A stretch of 64,000 nucleotides of DNA. It comes from Catajapyx aquilonaris (lineage: Eukaryota). This document shows positions 51,101 to 62,221 of this stretch, piece after piece; the stretch's first letter is position 1; each line of letters opens with the position of its first letter. Location: positions 1-64,000 of the forward strand of contig KZ538220.1 of the NCBI GenBank assembly GCA_000934665.2, written 5' to 3'. Position numbers and translations under genes: made by a program. The notes beneath the pieces are model-generated. The model did no database searches. It saw nothing but the letters and a program-made list of their open reading frames with translations, and had not been told where the DNA came from.

Positions 51101-54100
51101 GTACCCAACATCAACCGTGTCCCAGAGCCAGGTCTCAGGAAAGTGCAGACGGAGTTTGGGAGAAGCGAAGGGAGAATCGACCTGATCTCCTTGCATCCCT
51201 CCAAAAGCACTGGCACCGGCACCTCCAGCAAAGGCAACAGCCTCCATCGGAGAGTTGGACCGGTAGTACACTTTAAAATATTTAGGGCACTCCTTTCACT
51301 AAAATGCTCTTCTTTAACTTCATCATGCTTGTAAAAACCTTCTGACCTCAAGAGTCATTTTCATATTCCAATCTCTCCTAAATTTATTCTCAGGTCCAAC
51401 CGAAGATATATCCTATTTAACTTCATCATCATTAAACATGCTGTTGTGCTATTACCAAGATGAGGCGAGGTCAACCTTTGGCTCACACCAGAAACTGCTC
51501 AACACTTGAGCGGAGGCAAGGGGGTTGGGAATCAGGATTCTATTTGTCACCAGGGATGTTAAGAGCTAACAAAAATTTTTTTTAAATGCACACAATCTAT
51601 GTACAGTGTACACCACTAGGATGCAGTGACCTGGAGGGACAAAACTACTCAAACAACTGGAGCTCAATCAAAATTACATGTGACACTTCCACACTGTGAC
51701 AGCTGAGGCTACAGAGCTGGAGAAATTGCATTAAGAGAGTGATAAAAAAAACAAAGCTCACAAAAAATGACAACCATCAAAATGAAGGCAGTTGCCTTTC
51801 CCCTTCACCACAACTGACATGAGAAGGAAACCCAAGTTAGTGCGATAATTCTGCCACAAACTATGAATATCACATGAATACAGGATGTCTAGGATATGTG
51901 GGGTACAAATTATAGGACGTTTCTTTCATTAACCTCTAAGTATCAACCACATTTATACTTTCAGTGACACAAGAACGGCTAATAATTCAACATGCATAAG
52001 CGATATCCTACAAACCATGCCAGAAGAATTAATTATCCCTTCTACTATGCAGAGAAACATTCAACTTTAGTCACGACATACAGAAACATTGCACAGAAAA
52101 TATGATGAACAGCCAAAACTTCAAGAGAGAGTACCAGCAATGAATCATGAAAGCAATTGCCAAAACTGGCTAGAGATGTAAATGTATGTGATGTAAGCTT
52201 ATCAATGTGCAGCAATTGATAACATAAATGTAGGCTCAAAAGGAGCAGCTTCAAAGGTCAAAATGAGAAGCAAGCTGAATGATGAGCAGGTATCACATGC
52301 ACTCCACATGATTGTACAGAGTTCTGCTGCATAAATAAGTTCTTGCAGATGCATATTACATCCAATCAAATCTATTTCCCACTGTAAATGTATCATGCTT
52401 GTCATGCAGAAGTGAATACAAGGTGTCCATAATTCGCATGTCACATCCACACAAGGTTTGTCACTGCAGTGCACAGAGTAAATGGGTCCCCCTGTCCACA
52501 CCCAGTGATGTGCGACCTACCCCGCAGTCAACCCAGTCCACAGCCAAGTCTCTGGGAAAAGCCTCCTGAGATGCACGGGGTTTTCTTCCCCTTGCATTCC
52601 CCCTGACTGTGATGTGGCCCTCTCCTCCAGGGGGTCCCTTTCCTTCCCGCCTCTTAAGGCCGTCTTCATCCTGGCCCCCTCTGGCGACTTCGGCCAGAAC
52701 ACCCTCCGAGGCATGGGGGCGTCCAACACACGACCATGACGCAAGTAAACTGTGGTGCACACCCCCCAAAAAAATGCCACGGAAGAATCCCAACAACCCC
52801 CAACAATCGATCAGAGTGGTTCGGTAGTACACATGAATACACTGGTGACATAAAACAAGTACAGGACAGGGGAAAGACCAAGGAGCAGAATGAACACAAG
52901 ACTCCTGCCTCCAGTCAATAGCCCAAAAAACATGTCATTTCACAGAATGTTCAAGATTTGTTTGCTTAAAGTAACCTATGTGCTCAATCCAATCGTAAGC
53001 TTATGATAGTTCTCCTGCCTTACTTCTGAGTAACACATAATTAGTTGTGACAAAAAAAGGTTTGTACTCACCAAATGGGTAATGCTCATAAACAAAGGCA
53101 TTGGTGAGGACTACTACTCCAGCATTCTGAAAATAAAAAGTAAATATGTGAGCTTATGCAGTCTGTTTAAAATGCTTTGCTCCTAAAAGCACTGCTCATC
53201 TTAAGCTGTACATCTCAATTCAATGAGATGGGTTCCAATTAGTTCTGATTGCCAGGTACCTGAAATACTTCTCCGGCAGTGGAAGACCCTGACCAATACA
53301 CAAGGGAGCGCCTCTTCCTCTTCTCGATTCCTCTCATCCAGGGCAGATAGTCTGGTCTTCGGCCCCCATCGTAAGATTCCAATTCTTCCAACACATCGGC
53401 CTGGGTGATGTCATTCCCACTCTTCAGGAGCAGGACACTCTGGTCTATTCCAAGAACCCCAACGTAAGAGCCTGGCTTGGAACTTATATCCACCTGCACC
53501 TCCTGGCCTGGCTCTGCTTGTCCTGGCTTCACATTTACATCCACCTAACAATTAAGATCAGTATTAGCTACGTCAGCCTATTCATTGAAAATTGGTGGCT
53601 ATTCCGCAAATTTGCAGTGAAACTCACGAAATTCTGGAATGCTCCCTGGACATCAAAATCAAGTGCATCTGCTACAACCTCTCCATCTTTGCGGACATGG
53701 AAAACAACCACTCGAGCCCTAGGGGCCATTGAACCAAGTGCCAGGAAGGAAAAGGAGCTCGTCATTCTCCCTCCAACATCAACAGTCCTTGCAAGTTGGA
53801 CATCTCCTCGCCCAACCACATGGAATGTGTATTTGTTCAGGGGAACAGTTGAGTTAACTTGTATTTCCACCTCTCGGTTCACCTGCATTGACACATGGCA
53901 TGATCAACAGGTCCTAGTGTACCCATGCATAAAGCTTAGGCTATGTTGCACCAGCCCAAGAATCAGGTACAAGTCATCCAGGTTTGCCTTTTGTCACTAA
54001 TTGTTAGGTTCATTAATAACAAGGGCAAATCCATATCTGAACTTGAATCTTGGACTAGTACAACAGGCTCTTAGTGAGAAAGATACTTACAGTTGGAACA

Positions 54101-57100
54101 GCAGTTTTAAGTACTGCCTGTATGTATGTGTTCGAAGGTGAGTGTGCCCTTTCAATATGAGAGAGCCACTGGTTGAGCTCCAAGTAGGTTGCCTCGACTC
54201 CAAACCCATGCACATTCTCATCCAAAGGTGGGTAGAACTCAAGCTCTATCAGTCCATTCTTGGGGATGCGGTACTGGGTGCTGTTGTACTCCTCCAGAGT
54301 GTAGGAAAAGCCATGCTTCACAACAACCATGTTCTTCTCATCCTGAACTGGCTTGTCATCTTGGTAGGCTACTTTCAACTGTGAAATTGCAAGGATACGT
54401 AAAATTTTTAACTCTGTGACTATACCATGAACATATGATGTGCAAGCCTTATTTGAGAAGATACTGTAATTCAGCCTTCCAACTGAAAATTTCAAGCACT
54501 TAACAAAATGGTGCAGTTCTTTGCATTTTACAAGAGCTGTTTATGTAACAAAAGCCCATTTGTAAAATAATCTTGCCCACTCCCTGCTCCAGAGACTCCG
54601 CTAGTAGACTTGCACTGCATTGCAGAGAATAAAATACTCACGAAAGCAGTGTACTTGAGCCCAGGCTTAAAGTTGTCTGTGGTCTTGATGAACTCAAACT
54701 TGTAAGGGTACTTGTGAACTATGAGAGTTGCGGACACATTTTGCCTGCGCCCAGTAAGAGCCTCCTTCACAAAGACATCAAAGGTGACGGGCCTGTGGAA
54801 GTCAGTGGCTAGACGGAGATCCTTCACCAGGTCAATCTCCACAGTTGCCTTTCCGTCCAAGGGGAGGACCTTTCGGAAGGGCTCAGAGAAAACCGGCTGA
54901 ATGTAAAGTGAGTGGTAATTGGGATACACAGCTAGAGTTGCCTCTCCTTTCACTGGCTTCCCGTAAGTGTATCTACAAAAAAAATGTCAAGGGTGAATGT
55001 GTCATCTCATAAACACATGGTTCTTGTCTCTCTAAAAAATCCTGCAATAAATACTTCACCCACTTTGCACGGATGGTGGCCACAATCTTAGGATCCTGAA
55101 AAGTGGCATATGGCGGCAGATCAATGGTGACCTCAAACTTGGGCAGCACATATTCAGCCACTTCAAAGCTCTTCGTAAAGGTCTGGCCCAAAACGTTGAC
55201 AGTCAATGTCCAATCCCCGAGGACAGGCTCGTTGGACAAATGTAGCTCCGATGCGAACACACCCTTGTGGGTGAACACACGGTTCCATTGCTTCACCCTA
55301 TTGCCCTTCCCGTCCTGTCAGGAAGAGAAAGTTGTCCTATCAACCAAAACTACAAAGTTGGGTACCAAACGTGCTTAATCATTTCTGAATGGAACAGTGA
55401 GCAGCACAACAAAAGGCCCTATGATCTTTAATAACTGATGTAAAATAAAGACAACAGATTATGCAACAACAGGAAATTGATACAGGTCCCACTCTTGATA
55501 TAATAAGGGCACGCATGCACATAAAACCCGCTAGGGTGTTGCAATACTGAATTGTCTGGTGCAAGTACGGTAAAATAATTATAGTGATTCACTAGGTCAA
55601 GTTTGTTGACCTACTGCCCTAATAAGGATTCCACTCTATTGTTCCCTCCAAAAAATCCCCAGCAACATCACTCACAGTCACAAACACATCCATGGCGCCG
55701 GTGACACTCGGCCTCAGGTAGGGATTGACCATGATGACTCGAAACTGCACCGTCTGACCTGGCTTGTAAATGGCCTTGTCCGTCTGCACAAAAACCGAGT
55801 AGCTCTTGTGTACATACTCCAGCTCAGTCGAGTTTTCGAAGATCATCCCACGTATGCCCTTGACAGTCAGGTTGTAGGAACCAGGCCCAACGTTGCCCAT
55901 CTGGATAACACAAGAGGTCGAGAAGGTCAGGTTCATGCCCTTGCTACAAGACTGGTAGTTTTTCTTTCTTCTTTTTTTTTTTACCTGCAGCTTAATAATT
56001 GAGGTCGTCTCTGGCAAGACCGTGACCTCCTGGCTGTTTCGAAGGGAACCCCCTCCCGCCTGTACTCCTTCTACGGCCACCATCATGGTCACTGAATCCT
56101 GCACTCCATGTGTGCTGACCCCCACATGGTAGTCCAGGTCAGGGCGTACCACTTTGGGTGCCACCACTGTATAAATCCTGCAAATAAACGCATCTTCAGA
56201 ATCTACCCTCAGGTAACCCTCCCCAGAATGTGTGCTCATATTAGGGCATCCACAGTGGGTGTTTTTCAGAAGTGGTTGACCCGAGTGTCAGCAAACTCCA
56301 TCAGCTATAAGGGGAAGCCCACGTCTATAGCAACCTGGTCCAACAACTTTGCATATCAGAAGCGACGACCCGAATCCAGTAGATTAGCCCAAGCGTGAAG
56401 GAACCGAATAAAAGAAAGTCCCACAAAGAGACGGCCACTTTTGATTACCAAACCGCCTTTTGCAACGTCTGTCATCCCCCCACGCACCAGCATCTAGTTT
56501 TTCCTTTCTTCGGCTGTTCGGCAAAGTGTGTGGACCTCCGGAGCGTTGACCCCTTCAATATATACCAGGTGGTGGCAGTCACCTTCACATACCCTCCAAT
56601 TTTGGGCCGGTAACTCAACAAGTAGTATCCGCAACAATATTTGCTCCCAGACAGCCACCCCAAAAATAATAATAAAAAAAACCGTCATAAATTATAAAGC
56701 ACCTATCGATCCACTACCGCCACAACCGTAAACGCAGTTATGCAACTCTCCAAAAACAACGCGGGAAATGACCTACTCGGGGAAGCACCTCCAAGAAACC
56801 AACGGAAATACCCGAATTGTTGTATACTCTGGGTATTCCCCCCCTCTTCTAGTAGAATGCTGGTTGAACCGGAGGCGTGATGAGCGGCCCATTTCACAAG
56901 TAGGCCATCCCCCTCTCTGTATATATACATGCAGGTTTGTGCTCTCATCCACAATGAATATTCCGCCCAAACTCATGACGTACGTACCGGATGAATCAAC
57001 TGGTCAATACAAAATTGAGCAAAAATATTTAGCCGAAAACTGGGGAGTGCCGCATTGCACCTGCACAGCATTGAGCGGGGTTGGTAAAAAAAAAAAAAAA

Positions 57101-57657
57101 AAAGATCCGATTACATACACGTTCATTGAAGCGCGGCCAATGCGCCGTAAATGATGTCACCTTTTTTGACAGGCCCGGTTAACGCCGACAGTTAATTAGC
57201 TCCGATGCAATGTGCGTAGGTGTCGACATACATATAAGGAAGGTGAAGGCCGTTGCGTCATCAGCCGGATTCAGCCCCACCCGCGTTGTTTTTTTTTATC
57301 AAAAAAATCATACAAGTTAGGCTCCCGGTTTAAAAAAAAAAAAAAAAGCGTATAGTGATAGTCTGCTGGCAGGATGCCCTCGCTCTAGCTCTTATCCCCG
57401 CTGCAGATCGATAGTTTTGGGCGGTGGCCCCCCCGTGCTGGTGCAAAGTGCCGACGCCGACGCCCCCGACGACTCCGACGCCAACCAAACGCACCCCCAC
57501 CTCCTCTACTACCCTGCTTGTACGCCTGCTACGTCAAACATCACGCATCCTACGCACGCTGACCTGTGCGTGTCACATATTATGATTCTTACCCTTCGCT
57601 GTTGACGCATGACGCAAGCGCCAAGGTGCATATGGCGATCCTCCAAAAGGTGTCCAT
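45161..57657 (-). CDS. CD109: CD109-like / insect-TEP-type thioester-containing protein with GPI-anchor signal (about 1478-1518 aa depending on bait exon)
   Basis: Constant exons 57657-57593 (signal peptide MDTFWRIAICTLALASCVNSEG), 56177-55985, 55900-55676, 55314-55064, 54972-54642, 54378-54091, 53882-53628, 53544-53260, 53126-53072, [one alternative exon], 48061-47944, 47868-47679, 47607-47447, 47252-45741, 45669-45567, 45420-45161. Motifs QTDKAIYKPG, EYVLPKFEV, RKRR, PDTITSW, thioester GCGEQ, His in GKVSHTDM, VYDYYD, Cys cluster and hydrophobic C-terminus. Confidence 0.95.
48710..48881 (-). CDS. TEP alternative bait exon A5 (172 nt)
   Basis: tgcag|CA...GG|gtaggg. Encodes AYEYDGALEDRVFMNAPMP...EVRTHFPETWIFEDIDVG. 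Confidence 0.85.
49076..49340 (-). CDS. TEP alternative bait exon A4 (265 nt, Pro/Arg-rich)
   Basis: tgcag|GC...CG|gtagtt. Encodes GVFPPLKRNPW...TRPPLAGPYAFSRLP...LLRDLPPTWLFENVTIR. Confidence 0.85.
49766..49910 (-). CDS. TEP alternative bait exon A3 (145 nt, absent from the ORF track)
   Basis: accag|TG...GG|gtagag. Encodes VGLRARLNDFADAVEEASEQREVSRHLQGGGVRKDFPETWIWEMVDEIG. Confidence 0.85.
51105..51270 (-). CDS. TEP alternative bait exon A2 (166 nt)
   Basis: taaag|TG...GG|gtacga. Encodes VYYRSNSPMEAVAFAGG...KLRLHFPETWLWDTVDVG. Confidence 0.85.
52521..52749 (-). CDS. TEP alternative bait exon A1 (229 nt)
   Basis: cacag|TT...GG|gtaggt. Encodes VYLRHGRVLDAPMPRR...VHLRRLFPETWLWTGLTAG. Confidence 0.8.
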
Positions 57658-60600
57658 AGTCGTCTGGAAAAGAATGGGGAATTCACATTATTAAGTTGCA
57701 CACAGGCTCACATGCAAAAGTGGGCAGCCATGGTCACTCCAAGGAAAAGGCCTCAAGACCCACGCACACCTTTGTTACTGATATATGACCTTAAATTACA
57801 GGAAAAATATCTGTCTCCCAGTCATACAACCAGCCCTAAGGCCCTGGTGTAAAATCATCCTAGGAATTCACCAAGAACAGTGGCCTTTCATACAACCGGC
57901 CCTAAATTGCGCAGCTTTCCCTCTCCACGTCCAGAAATGGCAACGTAAGCGGCCACCACCAGTCCCGTCGCCCCCTGAATCATTAATCAACAACACTGCA
58001 GCCTAGACATCATTAAGCCGATTTTCGCACACTAAAACGAGCGCAGATGTATGTCAAGTGCGCCCAAACACAAGAGCCCCACGTGGTGACCGATTCATTG
58101 TTGGTTATGTGCACCATACCTGCGACAGCTCCGAAGTGACCTATGTGGGTTGCGAGTTATAAAACTTATATGGTTTTGAAGCAATCCCGGATGGCCCGCT
58201 CAAGTGTGAAGTACCCCCGCGTGATTGCAAAAGAGCAGGTGCAATGAGTGAGGGAAAAGCCCATACCTCGTCCTTGGGGCACTTCCGAGGCACCACCATA
58301 TACACGCGGACACCCCAACAAACTCCGATCCTCTTACACAACTTTCCAGTGCTGCATGACATCATCCGGGAATCGTGTGTGATTCGTACGTGTGTGTGAC
58401 ATTTCGGACCAATTCTAACCATTATCAGGGTGTTAGAAGGAGACGGAATTGCGTCAGATTAATGTACAGTGCTTGTACAGTACAAATAAAATGTCGGTGC
58501 TGTCATCCAATTGCATGACCCTGCTGCGTATCCGCAAAATTGTGGTGGAGGAAGCTATAGAAAAGTTGTGGTTACGAAAAAAGGTTCAAGGTCTAGCACC
58601 GAGTCAATACCGATTCTTGTCTTTGATTTAGAACAACCTGACATCCATATATTTGAGGGGGGGTTGGTCCTATTTTTAAACCAGCCCAGTCAATGTTCCC
58701 GGTTTCGCCTATTATTCTACCAAAATCGAATTCCACTGCAGGGGTATGTCCATCCCACGGGTCGAATTGAAGGTCAAAACATGGTCACCTACACAGCCCA
58801 AACGGAAATAGACGCGTAGCCACAACAACATGAATAGTAATGAAGATGCTTGAATGCAAAGTCCCAGAATTGGCCCAATTGGCCTTGGCCCTGACTCGAA
58901 ATTGACCTTTCAACCTTCCAAAGTCATCTTCTGCTGCCGTCAGCAACATAAGGACGCAACGGAGGTCATCGACACCACTTGGTACGTTTCTTCTTTTCAA
59001 AAGTTCGATACGCCAAGTTTTCTTTTTCGTCGCCCTTTCCCCGGAAGAAGTCCCGTTCCATCATCCTGAATCTCTCTAGAATATATTTGTTACATATACA
59101 ACCCTGTGCCAAATGTAACATCATTTCTGAGAATTTTCTGCGAGAGAAAAAAAAAGAGTCATGTGCTTAATTACTACGAAGGCCTCCGACGGGGAATTTT
59201 TTAAACAAATTTCTTTTCCGTTGGTCAGCATTGGTTTCGGTCCAACGCACCGCTTTTCATGTCAGCAGACATTGTTACACGCGCATGTCAAGAGTGCTTC
59301 CTGCTCACATGTAAAATGATACTGGGAATTTTTCAGCTGACCAAAGAGTCGTCATCCTTCCTCCAGATTCTCCAGAAGACCAGAACACCTCACTATTTGG
59401 TTCAACAATGACTCCCTTATTGCCGGTACCGGTGGCTGGTAATCGCAGTGGGTTTTAGGCTATCATCCGTCGTGATGTCACGGTCATACATCGCTCGAGG
59501 GGTTGTGATAAATCACCGGAATTACTTCTCAGAAACAAGTGCTTGAAAAGTTGTGCAATATGTGGGTTTGGTTCATAAGGTTTCCGGTCACTTCCAGTCA
59601 CGGAAACTGTACACTAATACTGCATCGTAATTGAAGAAAATGAGTCTGACATGCTACCTTTCGTAAGAAGGAAATGTTAGGAAAACACTTTTTTTTTCTA
59701 TTTTTCACAAACAGCCTATAATTTGTGCCTGAATGAAAAACTCATTTCCAATTAATCGTGATTGCGTCACCTACTTTTTTCCCCAGCCTAATGACCCCGC
59801 TTCTAATCCATGCACGTGCAAATATTTGCCCTGTATCATTACCTCAATAACAAACTATCCCAACCAGAGTGATTTATCATTGTATGACAACAAGTTACAC
59901 ATTGCTTATTTCGCTAGCGGTTGATGTGTTTTATCGCCGGAAACGGTCATGTCCATCACTTGTCCTATAATCACTGTGGAATTACTGTACATCCCTTGTT
60001 AAATTAAGCCGCACTTTCCAAAGTCGAGTCACTCAGGCTAAAAAGAGCGCCATGAATCATCAACATTTCCCGCGTATTTTATTAACAGGCTTACGAACTA
60101 TCTCCCCAAAGCCATAACTCAGTCCTACAAATATTTATGCTGTACTTGACTGCAAGATGTACAGCAGTGATTCACTTCCTCGTTCGTCTGGTGCTGACAT
60201 AACCACCATGCTAGACTCACGAAGTTCTAGTATCAATCAAAAATTCGCAGAAACTGGCACGCCATATACGCGAAATTTTTTCCAATTATCCTCCAATCTA
60301 CGTCAGAGAGAAAATGAGACCGCATACTCCTAATTAAAAAAGGGCTGCCATAATAACCGAATGGTTTTAAAATAAGCCGTGTTCCACGTGCAGCAAAAGT
60401 AGGACAAACGGTTTTCTCCCGGACTCCTTCATTTCCCTCCGACTCAAAACTGTCTCTACAAATTCCAAGAAAAGGCGCCTTTCAAACTAAATTGAGCCTT
60501 GAATAATGTAGCCCTCAAGGTTAACTATGCCAGGAGCTCGAAATCAGGTGACAACAATCCCGGAGAAATGTTGGGGGGTACGGAATGCTCTCTTTTTTTT

Positions 60601-62221
60601 TTCCTTCCATTGAGGGACATCGCCTTGACCTGGTGCAAGCAGCATTGGGCCAACCTAACGGGCCAGGGCTGGCTCATTTGCTTACTTTCGTGGGCCAGAC
60701 ATCAGGACGCAACCGGGAAATCCCTTCTGGGACTTGCTTTCACACTGATGTCTAGCAACTTGCTATATGGCCAGTTGCATCAACAAAAATTAATTTTAAA
60801 AATATACATATATCCATAGGAAGAAATATACAACGGAAAAATAGTCNNNNNNNNNNNNNCCCCCCCCCCCCCCCAGAGGAACCTGTTTCGGCACAGTTGG
60901 ACAGGAACATGTGACGTGCACAACGGTGAAACAACCACTATTTCCTCTCAGATTCGTCCGTGTTAAATCACCGTCTCGGGACATTTGTCAGCAGCAAAGA
61001 GATACTGTGAAATTTGTTTTATCCTATTGCTTAAGCTCCACCTTCTTCCCAGCAAGTTTGCTCGAGACGTTCACTCTGCAGGTTCATTGTTCCAGCACTG
61101 TAAGTCCGGAAAGCATCACCCTTCCAAAAATTGGGCATTTGGCTCCCTGCCATTCCCTCCCATCGTAACAGCGTACTCAGGTCCTAAAACGTGGAGTATT
61201 AACCTCCGTACCCAGAATCGCAAGTGAATTCGCACTTCCAAGAACAGTCTGACCATATATGGACAGAACTATAGTGTCCGCCCACGCATCATTTCCACCC
61301 ACATACGCACATACCTGTATGTCCCTGCACTCCGATTGTTGACAATAATGCTGGGAGGCATGACCCAGAAATAAGTGTGTCTCGGCCCCTGACACAACTC
61401 CGTTACCGCCGATATTTTTTTCGCACATATCCGCACGCGAAAAAATTATGGGCCTGTCATACAATGGCGTACTGGCAGACGGTGCAATTGCAGGACGTAC
61501 TGGTGCCAACAATTCGGGTTGACATTTTCTAAATTAGTGTTTTTTTTTTAAATAGAAAAGGTGCCTGGTCCTCTCTTTTTTTTTAACTCCCCAAAAAGTG
61601 GAAAAGTCGGAAATATCGAACCGGCCACCCCCCCCTCTCCCCATCAGCAGCCTCGTCCCCAATAAGGGAACGGGGGTGGGAGGGTGGAAGGACCGGGCGG
61701 GGGCTGGGGTGGGGCAAAAAGGTGGGGCCAAAACCCGGGCACAAACCCGGGGGGGAAAAACACATCCGGATTTTTTCTTCTTCTTTAAATCCCCCCCCAA
61801 AAATGTGACACGCACCGACGACGACGCACCCCTCGTACCCTGAAGTGGGCAGTCCCGCAAACAAATAAAACTAATGATCCAGTCCGTGCGTACCTGCTGG
61901 ATGAGTATGGCCCAGGAGCGTCTCCTGGTGCGTTGTCCGCACTGTATCACTGGTGATGTCGATGTATGACCAGCACACAGAGTACCTGTCAACCTGCCCG
62001 GGCGAAGTAGCCTCGCAGACTGGCGGAGAGTCTCCTGCACCGCCTGCACCGGGCGGCTCCTGCGGGCGACGACAGGTGGCGGGCGGGCTCTCTGGCCTGG
62101 TTCCAATGGGATCAGGCAGATGGCGGCACCGGACGGGGAGAGATTAAATCCAACATGGCGGCCCGCATGTGATGATTGAACTTGCTGCAATTGAAGGGCT
62201 TGCGCTGGTTCTTTGGGCGAA

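Noticed and set aside
51300..51440. Two TGATGAAGTTAAA C-box-like repeats in a TEP intron
   Set aside because: No correctly spaced D box or terminal stem.
52750..52845. Possible sixth bait exon or extended A1 starting VYYRT like A2
   Set aside because: No AG directly before TGTACTACCGA, and the upstream CCAG acceptor gives a frame that stops before any FPETW motif. At most a relic.
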